A stretch of 64,000 nucleotides of DNA from a virus, in IMG/VR virus record IMGVR_UViG_3300032516_000005; one strand, 5' to 3'. Below are positions 1-9,169 of the stretch, one piece after another. Both the position numbers and the translations under genes were made by a program. Within the stretch, counting starts at the first letter, position 1, and every line of letters begins with the position of its first letter. A model generated the notes under the pieces. It searched no databases and was not told the origin of the DNA. It saw nothing but the letters and a program-made list of their open reading frames with translations.

Positions 1-2
1 GC

Positions 3-1124
3 ATCGGGCGTGGCCGCGTCGACGCCGACGAGAACCTGACGTCTGCAGAAGAAGACCAGGTCGAAGTGATCCGGACCAAGATGGCCGGTGAGAAGAACGC
101 CAAGAAGCTGAAGGAACTGCAGGTCGAGATCGATACGATCCTGGCCGCCAAGCGCGACGCGCTCAAGTTCGTGGCCGACGAGGCGTCGAACGGCTACCCA
201 ATCTCGAACCTGACGTACAACGAGTGCAGCCCGAACGTCAGCATGCTGATCAAGAAGACGGGCACGGTTGACTTGACGTCACGGCACGATCAAGCCGGAT
301 CGGACATTCACGACAAGATCCCGTCGAGCTTCCCGACGCACATCTGGCGGAACTACGCGATCATCAGCCATGGGCTCGTGAACGTCGAGAAGCTGCCGGT
401 GAAGATCTCGACAGAAACGTGGACTGCGCTAACGAACGCGGGCGTCGAGATGCTGGCCGACGGTGACAACAAGTTCATCATCAACGTCAAGCCGCTGCCG
501 ATCATCAACCGCAAGATGGTCAAGGCGGTCTCGGCGAAAGACATCATCGAGCTGGAGTACGAGCTGACCAAAGCTCGTGCCGCCCAAAAAGTCTACAAGG
601 CGTACTCGAACGAGATGTTCCCCGAGGCCAAGCTCGCGGGCTTCGCTGACAAGTACGGCGACGACGGCGCTGCCTGGCTGAAAGACCAGGGCTTCACGTA
701 CAATGGCTTCGCGCCCAAGTTGACGTTTGCGGCGTCGACGGACTTCATCATGGGCAAGGAGCTGGAGGTCAAGCTCAAGGGCTTCTCGACACTGCCGCCG
801 CTCAAGGACGTCAAGGCCAAGATGGGTGCCAAGATGAACGGCCCCGCGACGCTCATGGCGATCGTCATCAAGGACGTCGAGAATTTCCTCAAGAACAACC
901 CGAAGAACCTGCACCAGAAGTGGCTGACGGGTCAGACCGAAGCACAGATCGCCAAGACCCGCGGCTTGATCTGGCAGACGGCGCAGATTCGCTTCTCGAT
1001 TATCGTCGGTCAGACGTGGTTCAGCGAGTTCAAGTCGCTCGACGAGAATCAGCTGACCGTCAAGATCGGCACCGAGGACGTTGTCGGGACCTGTGAGCTG
1101 CGCGAAATTCAGATCAAGGTCTGA
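3..1124 (+). CDS. 5'-truncated phage protein (possibly the C-terminal part of a phage vWA-domain protein)
   Basis: Frame is open from position 3 to the stop at 1124 with strong GC3 bias; family call is weak recollection only. Confidence 0.6.
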   Translation: MGRGRVDADENLTSAEEDQVEVIRTKMAGEKNAKKLKELQVEIDTILAAKRDALKFVADEASNGYPISNLTYNECSPNVSMLIKKTGTVDLTSRHDQAGSDIHDKIPSSFPTHIWRNYAIISHGLVNVEKLPVKISTETWTALTNAGVEMLADGDNKFIINVKPLPIINRKMVKAVSAKDIIELEYELTKARAAQKVYKAYSNEMFPEAKLAGFADKYGDDGAAWLKDQGFTYNGFAPKLTFAASTDFIMGKELEVKLKGFSTLPPLKDVKAKMGAKMNGPATLMAIVIKDVENFLKNNPKNLHQKWLTGQTEAQIAKTRGLIWQTAQIRFSIIVGQTWFSEFKSLDENQLTVKIGTEDVVGTCELREIQIKV

Positions 1125-1132
1125 TTCTCGAA

Positions 1133-1909
1133 TCAGGGCGCTGCTGTGACTGACAGGATGACCTGACCAGCAGCGACTGAGCTGCTGCCCTTGGCGTAAA
1201 GCGTCTGGTGGCGATCAATGCGGATGCGGCGCTCCTGGCCGGACGGCAAGTTGATTGCGCTCGCGGTGTGAAGTGCGTTTGGTGTGAATGCAAGTACGGC
1301 CGTCGCACCGCGTGGCTCAACGACGTGCACGACAACTTCGATGGCATGCGCGCCGGCTGTGACCAGTCGTTCTGCGGGTGTGTTGGAGTCGATCGACGAC
1401 AACCGTTGGTAGAACGGCGTAGTGGACAGATGAAACGGCGGCAGCGGTGGTTCACCCAACCCTGTAACGGATCCCAGCTCCGTGTGCGTAACAGCCATCG
1501 GTGCGGGTGCTGACGTCGGAGCACTCGCACTCCCATTTCCCGTGTTGATCACGAACACCTGCGGTGCCGCAGGAGCCGCTGCTGGCGCAGGCTGCGGCAA
1601 GTAGCGCGGATCAACAGATCCCAGTACGGTCTGCGTGCCGTCATCCTTGCGACGCACGAGCAAGTAAACGACCACGCCCATCACGCCGACGACAGCGATG
1701 ATCCCAAGACCGATCGCGAGCGACATCCACAACGGACCGCGATCGCCGCGGTCGCCGAATTCTTCGTCCCGCGCAAGCTGACGCTCCTCGGCCTTGACGC
1801 GCGCGATGGCGAGTCGGTCCTGTGCTTCTGCGAGTTGTGCGGCACGACGTGCGGCAAGGTGTTGCAGATGCGCACGTAGCCGCGGGGGCGTTCGACGCTG
1901 GGAAGGCAC
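1133..1909 (-). CDS. membrane protein with C-terminal beta-sandwich domain
   Basis: Basic N-terminus, EEFG, TM (LWMSLAIGLGIIAVVGVMGVVVYLLV-RRK), Pro/Ala linker; C-terminal domain resembles 3633..3938. Confidence 0.75.
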   Translation of the reverse strand: MPSQRRTPPRLRAHLQHLAARRAAQLAEAQDRLAIARVKAEERQLARDEEFGDRGDRGPLWMSLAIGLGIIAVVGVMGVVVYLLVRRKDDGTQTVLGSVDPRYLPQPAPAAAPAAPQVFVINTGNGSASAPTSAPAPMAVTHTELGSVTGLGEPPLPPFHLSTTPFYQRLSSIDSNTPAERLVTAGAHAIEVVVHVVEPRGATAVLAFTPNALHTASAINLPSGQERRIRIDRHQTLYAKGSSSVAAGQVILSVTAAP

Positions 1910-1938
1910 GAGGACAGGATACTACGAGTGCGAGTTGG

Positions 1939-1954
1939 GATCTTGCAAGCGATC
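1939..1954. promoter_or_regulatory. GATC-N8-GATC palindrome (degenerate)
   Basis: GATCTTGCAAGCGATC upstream of TAGTAT and the start at 1909(-). Confidence 0.6.
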
Positions 1955-2939
1955 ACGTGTTGGACTTGGCTGTGCCCCGTACAGCCCGGCCGCGGCACAG
2001 ATCACGGCTCAGGGCTTGCCCTGCGAGGGTACTCAACGTCGGCGCGTACTGACTCAGTAGCAGGTCGACCTCGCGTGTCTTCTCAACCACGTACGGTTGC
2101 ACATCACGCAGGAACGCAAGCACCGCCTCACGTCGCGTCAACGACCACTTCAACTGATGTCGCCGAGGCGGCTGCTTTCTACAAAAGCGCAAGACACCGC
2201 CGTAAACCGCATGCAGCCGCAGCAGCGCCTCCACGCGTGTCTGGTTGAAAGCGATCGCGAGATGCCATGTCGTTGATTTCATGCGCAAATCTACCGACCC
2301 GTCGCCGTCGAAGTAGCCTGCGAAGTAGGCAAGCTCGGTCGACGTCACCGTTGGCCGTTCGAATGCTGTGGCACCCCGTCGGGGACGAAGACAGATCAAG
2401 GTTCCAGCGGCACGCGCACGTTGGTAATGCAACGTACACAGCTGCTGCGCACGCGCTGCTCGACGACAACCGTCAGTCGTACAACGAGGATGTTGCGGTC
2501 GCTTCGACTTTGCCTCCAAGGGCAAATTCCGCGAAGTCAGTGCGATCTTCTTCATACGTTTCAGATCGTGGATTAGTTGCTGCGCTTCAGGCGCAGGCAT
2601 CCGCGTAGAGAAACGTGTGAGCACAGCTTCAACCTGTGCGCGTTTCTCTCCGAGATACGGTCGGATGTCTTCGAGGAAGCACGCCACGATGTTGAAGCGC
2701 GACAGCGCCCAACTTGTTTTCTCACGCCAATTTGCGCGCTGACGTTGGATCACGTTCAACGAACCGCCGTAGAAATCGTGTAGCTGTTGGAGGACGACCG
2801 GGTTCGTTTGCCCGAAGTCGACACGTGTACGCCAGCTCCGACCGGCGTTAATCGGGAACACGCCGATCGATCCTTCGGCATCGAAGTAGCCCGCGAAATA
2901 GGCGCAACGATCAGTAGTTGGACGACGTGGCGCAGTCAT
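1953..2939 (-). CDS. double-motif LAGLIDADG homing endonuclease with central Cys/His linker
   Basis: AYFAGYFDAEGSI and AYFAGYFDGDGSV motifs; CTTDGC...LCTLHY between the two halves. Confidence 0.9.
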   Translation of the reverse strand: MTAPRRPTTDRCAYFAGYFDAEGSIGVFPINAGRSWRTRVDFGQTNPVVLQQLHDFYGGSLNVIQRQRANWREKTSWALSRFNIVACFLEDIRPYLGEKRAQVEAVLTRFSTRMPAPEAQQLIHDLKRMKKIALTSRNLPLEAKSKRPQHPRCTTDGCRRAARAQQLCTLHYQRARAAGTLICLRPRRGATAFERPTVTSTELAYFAGYFDGDGSVDLRMKSTTWHLAIAFNQTRVEALLRLHAVYGGVLRFCRKQPPRRHQLKWSLTRREAVLAFLRDVQPYVVEKTREVDLLLSQYAPTLSTLAGQALSRDLCRGRAVRGTAKSNT

Positions 2940-3081
2940 CAGCGTGATCGTGCTTATCACATTGCGTAACCACGACGGATCAAAAAACGCTCAGGGCTTC
3001 CAGCGTTAGCACGGTTCGTCTAGAGTCAGTCCCAACAGCGATCGACCTTCGACCGCCGCCGATCCTTACACGGAGAAGATC

Positions 3082-3618
3082 ATGGGCCGCCTACCACTTC
3101 AATTTGCCGGTAAGGACGTCACGTTTCGCATACCCTATAATATTGCCGCCGAGCTGGATGTCGGTCCGAACCTCTCGGGCATCGTGTTCCCCGAGGCGAG
3201 TTTCCTGCACAACGTCGACAAGCCGTTCGAGATCCATCGCGTGATCATTCGGCTCACGGCAAAGGGAACGCCGGCCACGTTCGTCACGCCGACGGTGCTC
3301 GAACCGCAACCTACGACACTCGAAGAGCGCGTGCGGATGCGTATCCTCGACTTCTCGAAGAACGAGAACCTCACGAAGTCATCCACGTTCGTGAGCCTTC
3401 TGCTCAATCGCAACACAGGTGCCTGGGATCTCGAAGAGCCGTACACGATCGTGCGGTCCGAAGGTTTTCAGGTGCAGATCGACACGCAGGACTATCCAGC
3501 GGTCGTCATCCTCGATGCCACCATCCAACCCGAACGTGTTGACGTCCAGTTCGTGCGCATCGAACTCAACTTCCAGGGGTATCTTGACATCATCGGGCCG
3601 CCGAGCGAAGTACGCTGA
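3082..3618 (+). CDS. putative virion structural beta-strand-rich protein
   Basis: GGAG SD, alternating hydrophobic beta pattern, upstream of fibre-like genes. Confidence 0.6.
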   Translation: MGRLPLQFAGKDVTFRIPYNIAAELDVGPNLSGIVFPEASFLHNVDKPFEIHRVIIRLTAKGTPATFVTPTVLEPQPTTLEERVRMRILDFSKNENLTKSSTFVSLLLNRNTGAWDLEEPYTIVRSEGFQVQIDTQDYPAVVILDATIQPERVDVQFVRIELNFQGYLDIIGPPSEVR

Positions 3619-3632
3619 GCTGACGAGTCGCG

Positions 3633-3938
3633 ATGCAGAACTCCCACTTTCAGACGATCACGGTCCTCCCCGTTGGATCAACGACACCGACGACGATCAT
3701 CAAGGCGGGAAAGCATCCAATGCGCGCCGTCGTGAGCAACGTCGGGCCTGTACTGGTCTTCGTTGCTGCAACGACGACCGACTTGGCGCCGTTGCCGTCG
3801 ACGGCGACGTACCGGCTGTTTCCCGGTGAGCAAGCCGTGTTCGTTGCGGCACCAAAAGAAGGTCTCTACGTCATCGGTGCTGCGGTGGGTGGCCTGGTGT
3901 CGGTCTCGGATTCTGAAGCGCTGCCTGTAGCGCTGTGA
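3633..3938 (+). CDS. small beta-sandwich protein, putative structural
   Basis: Operon position; similarity to the C-terminus of 1133..1909. Confidence 0.65.
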   Translation: MQNSHFQTITVLPVGSTTPTTIIKAGKHPMRAVVSNVGPVLVFVAATTTDLAPLPSTATYRLFPGEQAVFVAAPKEGLYVIGAAVGGLVSVSDSEALPVAL

Positions 3939-3949
3939 AAGGATTTGCC

Positions 3950-4315
3950 ATGAAGAACCGCGAGACCTGGGATGATCGTTACGGCTTGCTCAACCCCCCC
4001 TATCTGTACTTCGGGTCGATCATCGTCACCGCCAACTTCCTGGCTGGTGTGGACAGTGGGCGGTCAACGATTCTCGTGAACGCGGGCGGTGTAACGGTGA
4101 CGTTGCCGCTCGCTGCGGATAGCGTCGGCAAGGCGTTCTTCATCAAGAACATCTCAGCGATTGGCGCCACCACGATCTTGCCGAGCGGCACCGACCTGAT
4201 CGATGGTGTCACCGCGGGCGGTGGTGGGCAGTCACTGCCGGATCAGTACGACGTGATGCTCGTCGTCTCCGACGGCATCTCGAACTGGTTCATCCTGAGT
4301 TCTTCGAACCTCTAG
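3950..4315 (+). CDS. fibre/spike-type domain protein
   Basis: VTLPLAA..G..F.IKN...TI.P.G.D.IDG...VSDG..NW pattern; the same domain recurs within 47394..49151. Confidence 0.7.
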   Translation: MKNRETWDDRYGLLNPPYLYFGSIIVTANFLAGVDSGRSTILVNAGGVTVTLPLAADSVGKAFFIKNISAIGATTILPSGTDLIDGVTAGGGGQSLPDQYDVMLVVSDGISNWFILSSSNL

Positions 4316-4770
4316 TAACAGAAACCGAACCTGTTGTGCGGCGGGTACAGCGCGCACATGGGCTTGACCGCCGGACAGTCGCTGTTCATGTCACAAGTCT
4401 TCGTGCACTTGTTGCTGACGCAGTGATGCTCGGTCGTGCAATCGAAGTCCTGTGAGCACGAAGCGCCTTGGCCAGCAGCGCCTGGCGCATGACAGTAACC
4501 GACGGTCAACTGCTGGCTGAGCGGGTAGCATGCATCACCCAGTGCGCAGCCGGTCTGCGCGATGATGTCGCAGGTGTTGGGATCCGCGTCCTGGATCAGC
4601 TGCGGAGCGTCGATCATCGTTGCGTCGATGCTGTGCGGTCCGTCTCCGGTCGAGTCGACAACAGCATCCACTGTCGGACCCGGCCCCGTCGAATCTGGTG
4701 CGCAGCCCATCGTCATCACCGGGCTCGACGAGCACCCAACGATCAAAACACTCACGAAGAAATGTCGCAT
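4312..4770 (-). CDS. Cys-rich lipoprotein, myxobacterial style
   Basis: Lipobox VLIVGC, DA-rich linker, CDIIAQTGC/CSQDFDC/CDMNSDC motifs; GAGG SD. Confidence 0.8.
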   Translation of the reverse strand: MRHFFVSVLIVGCSSSPVMTMGCAPDSTGPGPTVDAVVDSTGDGPHSIDATMIDAPQLIQDADPNTCDIIAQTGCALGDACYPLSQQLTVGYCHAPGAAGQGASCSQDFDCTTEHHCVSNKCTKTCDMNSDCPAVKPMCALYPPHNRFGFCY

Positions 4771-4860
4771 CAAACCTCTAGACGTAAGCATATACTGAGC
4801 ATTCACTTGTCGAGAGCATGTTGTGAATGGCCGGCTAACTACGCTAAATAGCAAAGTTTT

Positions 4861-5841
4861 TCAGTCGAAAGCGTCAATGCCCAGTTCCAGCGCCCCGATT
4901 CCTGCGGTGTTCGCGTGGATGATCAAGAACGAGACACCGGGACTTTCGATCGTGAACACGTTGCTCTGATCAGCGGCGATCGCAACGCTCGCCGCAAGGA
5001 GCACTTCAAAGTGATCGGTGATGCCGAATGGGGCTACCGTGTTTGAAGTCGCCAGCACTTCACTGAAAGTGCCGGTGATGGTGACGTTGACTGCGACAGC
5101 CGATCGGTTTCGTGCCGATACGCGAACACGTCGGCGGCCGACGATCGGCATGACGCGAATGATGCGATCCGTGGCGTCTGGACTACAGAGGAACGACAGG
5201 TGAAACGGTGCGCGCGCCGTTGGCGGCAACGCTGCACGGCCGTTGAAGTAGAGAAGCAGGCGTAGCTCGGGATTGATCCAGATCGGCCCGTTGTACCCGA
5301 ACGTCTGCCCGGCGAGCTGTGTTCCGTACGGCTGACCTGGACCGCCCCCGAGAGGAAAATAACGATCGGCGAACCACGCTACGGGATGCGCGCGGATGAT
5401 GATGGGGCCCGGCTGCTGTCCGATGAGTGGTGCGTGCGTGTCGAGAACTTGCTCGCTCTGGAGGATGCCGCCCTTGTTGACGAAGCCCTGATCGATCGTG
5501 CAATTCACCAAATCGGGACCCGGCACGAGTGGTAGATTCACGAACGTCGGAGGCACTTGCGGCAGCGGAACGTAGTGCACGATGCAGCGGTCGATGTCGC
5601 TACGCGGCGCGATCGCGATCGCGGCCAAGCTCGGAATCTCCGGCAGCGTGAACTGCCCGAGGATCGGAATCGACCCGTTGCCGATCGGCGGTTGCGGTGT
5701 CACGACGGGGGGATAGCTGATCGAGCCGTTGTTCGGATCTTGCGCCATCCCACGATTGCCCCAGTTCGTCAGGATCAGTTCGTAGACGTTGTCGCCGAGC
5801 TGCTTCGCATCAGCGAAAGTCCGCGGGTTGATCTGGGCCAT
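4861..5841 (-). CDS. hypothetical Pro-rich/beta-rich protein, putative structural
   Basis: Long ORF with coding-like composition. Confidence 0.7.
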   Translation of the reverse strand: MAQINPRTFADAKQLGDNVYELILTNWGNRGMAQDPNNGSISYPPVVTPQPPIGNGSIPILGQFTLPEIPSLAAIAIAPRSDIDRCIVHYVPLPQVPPTFVNLPLVPGPDLVNCTIDQGFVNKGGILQSEQVLDTHAPLIGQQPGPIIIRAHPVAWFADRYFPLGGGPGQPYGTQLAGQTFGYNGPIWINPELRLLLYFNGRAALPPTARAPFHLSFLCSPDATDRIIRVMPIVGRRRVRVSARNRSAVAVNVTITGTFSEVLATSNTVAPFGITDHFEVLLAASVAIAADQSNVFTIESPGVSFLIIHANTAGIGALELGIDAFD

Positions 5842-5924
5842 GGCCCTGAATGTACGAGTCGCCCTTGAAACGGTCAAACGGTCCTTGGTGGGATCGTCTA
5901 CGTCCCCTTGACGCTCTCGCGCCT

Positions 5925-5940
5925 GATCGCTTGCGCGATC
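5925..5940. promoter_or_regulatory. GATC-N8-GATC palindrome
   Basis: GATCGCTTGCGCGATC between divergent genes. Confidence 0.75.
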
Positions 5941-5968
5941 AACACTCAGATCGTGCTAGCATGGCGCC

Positions 5969-6136
5969 ATGTTCGGTCGACGCATTCCAACCCCCGTACG
6001 TCAAGCAAGTCCGCGCCCCGGCGCGAACACCAATTGCTGCGTGCGGACGGTGCCGGGTCAACAGCCCGCGCAACGTCCAGTGCAGCAGCCGACGCAGCGT
6101 CCAGTGCAGCGTCCGAACCCCTACGTCAAGCGCTAA
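5969..6136 (+). CDS. 55-aa Pro/Gln/Arg-rich peptide MFGRRIPT...YVKR (not in the ORF track)
   Basis: Translated by hand; ATG lies 6 nt after TAGCAT, downstream of palindrome 5925-5940. Confidence 0.6.
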   Translation: MFGRRIPTPVRQASPRPGANTNCCVRTVPGQQPAQRPVQQPTQRPVQRPNPYVKR

Positions 6137-6154
6137 GCGCAACAGGAGACCAGC

Positions 6155-6466
6155 ATGCTCGGTTACACACTCGGCAAGAACGGCAAGAGCGGCAAGGGCA
6201 AGCCCAAGAAGAAGTCCACCACCTGTCGCCAGGGCATCGTCAAATTCAAGACGAAGCGCGGCAAGGTCATCTCGTTCAAGGGCAAGACTGGCCCCGGTTG
6301 CGGTCCCCGCCCCAAGCCGAAGACAGGCCACCTCGCGCCCTACAAGAGCGCGATGGCACGCGCAGCGACGGCTTGCAAAGGCCTCAAGAAGGATCAATTC
6401 CAGAGCTGTGTCGCCAGCGCAATGCATGGCAAGGCGCTGGGCAGGCGTCGTCGGACACGCGGATAG
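6155..6466 (+). CDS. small highly basic protein, putative DNA-condensing core protein
   Basis: AGGAG SD; Lys/Arg-rich; starts MLGYTLG, ends ALGRRRRTRG. Confidence 0.8.
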   Translation: MLGYTLGKNGKSGKGKPKKKSTTCRQGIVKFKTKRGKVISFKGKTGPGCGPRPKPKTGHLAPYKSAMARAATACKGLKKDQFQSCVASAMHGKALGRRRRTRG

Positions 6467-6477
6467 TACGAGCCCGC

Positions 6478-6687
6478 GTGGATCTTCTTCAAACTCTCAT
6501 CGAACGCTGGGGCTTCCCAGCTGCCTTTGCCGTATGGCTCATGATGGGGGTCACGCGAGATTTGCGTGAGATCCGCGCGCTCATCCACAAGCAGGTGATC
6601 TTGAACGCCGTGATCTTGAAAACCCTCGACATCCCAGAGGCGGTCACACTCACTGCGAGTGTCATCCCCGAGGATAAGGCAGGCTAG
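6478..6687 (+). CDS. small membrane protein, holin-like
   Basis: LIERWGFPAAFAVWLMM single TM plus amphipathic tail, resembling BhlA-type holins. Confidence 0.55.
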   Translation: MDLLQTLIERWGFPAAFAVWLMMGVTRDLREIRALIHKQVILNAVILKTLDIPEAVTLTASVIPEDKAG

Positions 6688-6688
6688 C

Positions 6689-6910
6689 GTGTGGTCATTC
6701 CTCGCTTCGGTCACCGTATTCATCGTCTTCATCGTCGGGCTCGGGCTCTGGCGACAGTTCACACGGCGCGAAATCAAGCACGTGATCGTGAACGTTGATC
6801 AGCAGATCAACGTCGCAGCAGAGGTCGCGCAACGCCGTCACGTCCAGCGCTTCGGACGGTCCAGCACCGACCTCACACAGACCCTCAACGGCGCCGCACA
6901 CAAGTCGTGA
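6689..6910 (+). CDS. small single-TM protein
   Basis: N-terminal hydrophobic helix; closely coupled to neighbours. Confidence 0.6.
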   Translation: MWSFLASVTVFIVFIVGLGLWRQFTRREIKHVIVNVDQQINVAAEVAQRRHVQRFGRSSTDLTQTLNGAAHKS

Positions 6911-6916
6911 ACCTGC

Positions 6917-7207
6917 GTGGAAGTCGATGTTGTACCGCTCGCTGCAGCGATCGCTGTTGCGCTTGCGTGGATTCCCGTGGGCTTGCGCTTCGTGCGCTCG
7001 TGGCGCGCACGAGGCAATCCGATCAGCCTCGCAATCTGTGCGCTGATCGTTCAAGCGCTTTACGCGCCGATCTACCTGGTGATGGCGCTCCACGATTTGT
7101 GGCCGATCGCGACGGTCATCACCATCAATGGGATTTCCTGCGCGACGTTCTACGTCACGATCCACTGCGCCAGCCGCAAGTTCCCTGACACGCGGAACGA
7201 CGCGTAG
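6917..7207 (+). CDS. 3-TM membrane protein
   Basis: Three hydrophobic segments. Confidence 0.7.
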   Translation: MEVDVVPLAAAIAVALAWIPVGLRFVRSWRARGNPISLAICALIVQALYAPIYLVMALHDLWPIATVITINGISCATFYVTIHCASRKFPDTRNDA

Positions 7208-7224
7208 CCACCAAGGAGACTTCG

Positions 7225-7656
7225 ATGTCGACCTCTCAAGGCCCTCTTGCCATGATGCGTAACATCCAGCAGCAAGCCACTGACCTGACAGCACGTCTCG
7301 CCGGCCAATCGGCCACGGCTGCCATGATGGGCCTCGGTGATGACGGTCAGCTGGTCGTGAAGGTCACCGAGTCGATCGCGGACCGCATCATCCGCATCCG
7401 TGCGCGTATGCTCACCGTCGGCATTCCCGTTGCCGTCGGAACGGGTGTCCTCACGACAGTCGCGTTCGCGGGTGCGTTTGGGCTCGCGAAGACTGAACGC
7501 GTCTGGGCCCCCGCGTTGCTGTTGGGCAGCGTCGCAACGCTTGCAGCGCTGGTCAGCGTGGCCGTAGCAGCGAAGACGGCTACAGCTGCCAGCGACGCTG
7601 TTGCAGCTGCGCTCGTCAATGCGAAAAGCGCTGCTGCAGCGCCAGCCTCGTACTAG
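7225..7656 (+). CDS. 2-TM membrane protein
   Basis: AAGGAG SD; AMMGLG motif; two hydrophobic helices. Confidence 0.8.
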   Translation: MSTSQGPLAMMRNIQQQATDLTARLAGQSATAAMMGLGDDGQLVVKVTESIADRIIRIRARMLTVGIPVAVGTGVLTTVAFAGAFGLAKTERVWAPALLLGSVATLAALVSVAVAAKTATAASDAVAAALVNAKSAAAAPASY

Positions 7657-7991
7657 CGTTGGCCGTGCGGGACGTGGACGTACGTTCCCGGCGGTAGACC
7701 GACGGGGCAGTTGATCGACCGCGTCGCCCATTGGACCTGGCCGTTCGGCGTCCGGGTCAGGTAACGCATCTGGCAGATGAACGGCCGCGACTGCGAGACC
7801 GCCTGCGGTCCACCGGGCGGCAGAAGTGCCGGCGGTAGCGGTCGCGCGTTCTGCGGCAGCCCGTGCTGCTGCTGGAGCGCTTGCATGGCATTCGCCAGCT
7901 GGCCCTGCATGCCGCCCGGTGCAGTCGGATCGACTGCGATCGAACCAAGGTTGGCACCGTCGGCGCCGCGAATGCTTGCATACATCGTCAT
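7653..7991 (-). CDS. hypothetical protein
   Basis: GAGGA SD; Gln/Pro-rich with a Cys pair. Confidence 0.7.
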   Translation of the reverse strand: MTMYASIRGADGANLGSIAVDPTAPGGMQGQLANAMQALQQQHGLPQNARPLPPALLPPGGPQAVSQSRPFICQMRYLTRTPNGQVQWATRSINCPVGLPPGTYVHVPHGQR

Positions 7992-8003
7992 CTGATTTCT
8001 CCT

Positions 8004-8318
8004 CTAGTAGTGGGGACCCAAAGCAACTTCGCGCGCGGCGACGTTGAACAACCATACGATCTGAGTATCGGGAATCGCGCTTTCGACGCGGATGACACCC
8101 GACGGACGTCGCAGCACGAACGTCGCCGGAACGTTGTTGACGTTGAGACGCGTCCCCAGGTCAGCGTTTCGTGGATCGTTTGCGTCGAGCATGACCACAG
8201 GAACCTGTGGGTAGTGCTGCGCGATGCGTTGGAACCGCGGCTTGTATTCTTCGCAGGCCTCACAACCTGAAATCGTGAAGAGCACCACGATCACGCGTGA
8301 GTTTTGGGGAGTATTCAT
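8004..8318 (-). CDS. thioredoxin-fold protein
   Basis: VVLFTISGCEAC (CxxC) and NVNNVPATF cis-Pro motif. Confidence 0.85.
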   Translation of the reverse strand: MNTPQNSRVIVVLFTISGCEACEEYKPRFQRIAQHYPQVPVVMLDANDPRNADLGTRLNVNNVPATFVLRRPSGVIRVESAIPDTQIVWLFNVAAREVALGPHY

Positions 8319-8342
8319 CGCGGGGCTTGCCATCCTACTCTG

Positions 8343-8402
8343 GATCACGGGCGCGATCGAGGTATCTGCGGAATTTACCCGTAGACGATCGCGCGCGCGA
8401 TC
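8343..8402. promoter_or_regulatory. two GATC-N8-GATC palindromes (8343-8358, 8387-8402)
   Basis: GATCACGGGCGCGATC and GATCGCGCGCGCGATC between divergent genes. Confidence 0.8.
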
Positions 8403-8449
8403 TTTGACCCCTTTACAGCCTGCGTGATACATCTTTGGGAGGAGATCCC

Positions 8450-9166
8450 ATGCTTTTCCAGTCTCACAACGGCAGCTCGAACGGCGCATACGGCGCCGCC
8501 CAGCACGCCTACGACCCGAATGATGGGACGTATGGCGCGTACAACCCCAACGACGCGTACAACCCCGACACCGCGTACGACGCAGCCATCTACGGCGGCG
8601 GCTACGGTGGCTACAACGGATTCGGCGCCGCCGCAAAGCTGGTTGGCCCAGGGAAGGGCCAGGACTTCAACTGCAACGCGTTCATCTGCTACGGCGGCAG
8701 CGCGACCAACGACAACTTGTTCAAGTCGTTGCAGCAGAAGATCAACCAGCTCGCGAGTCCCGGCACGAAGCCGCTCATCGTCGACGGCTTCCTCGGACCC
8801 ACCACAGTCACGGCACTCCGAGCACTGGAGACGACGTTCAACAGCTTCTCGACCAAGGAGCAGGTCGCTGCGGATGCGCCCACCATCGTCGGGATGCTCG
8901 ATGCACTGATCGCGATGCGTGCTGCTGCAGCACAAGTAGGCCTGTCCCCGCCACTCGCGCCGGCAGGCACGCCAGTCACGTACACGCCGCCGACCCTGCC
9001 CGCAGCCCCCGGCAAGCCCGCGCCGCAACTGCCCGCAGCCCCCGGCGAGCCCGCGCCAGAAAAGTCCAACACGATGCTCTACGTGTTGGGCGGTCTCGCG
9101 GCAGTCCTCGTCGTGGGTGGCGTCGGCTACTACGTGTACCGCCGCAAGGCACAGCGGGAAGGCTAG
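8450..9166 (+). CDS. peptidoglycan-binding-like domain protein with C-terminal TM anchor (paralog 1)
   Basis: FNCNAFICYG...LQQKIN...VDGFLGPTT; Pro-rich linker; TM plus RRK. Confidence 0.8.
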   Translation: MLFQSHNGSSNGAYGAAQHAYDPNDGTYGAYNPNDAYNPDTAYDAAIYGGGYGGYNGFGAAAKLVGPGKGQDFNCNAFICYGGSATNDNLFKSLQQKINQLASPGTKPLIVDGFLGPTTVTALRALETTFNSFSTKEQVAADAPTIVGMLDALIAMRAAAAQVGLSPPLAPAGTPVTYTPPTLPAAPGKPAPQLPAAPGEPAPEKSNTMLYVLGGLAAVLVVGGVGYYVYRRKAQREG

Positions 9167-9169
9167 TCC

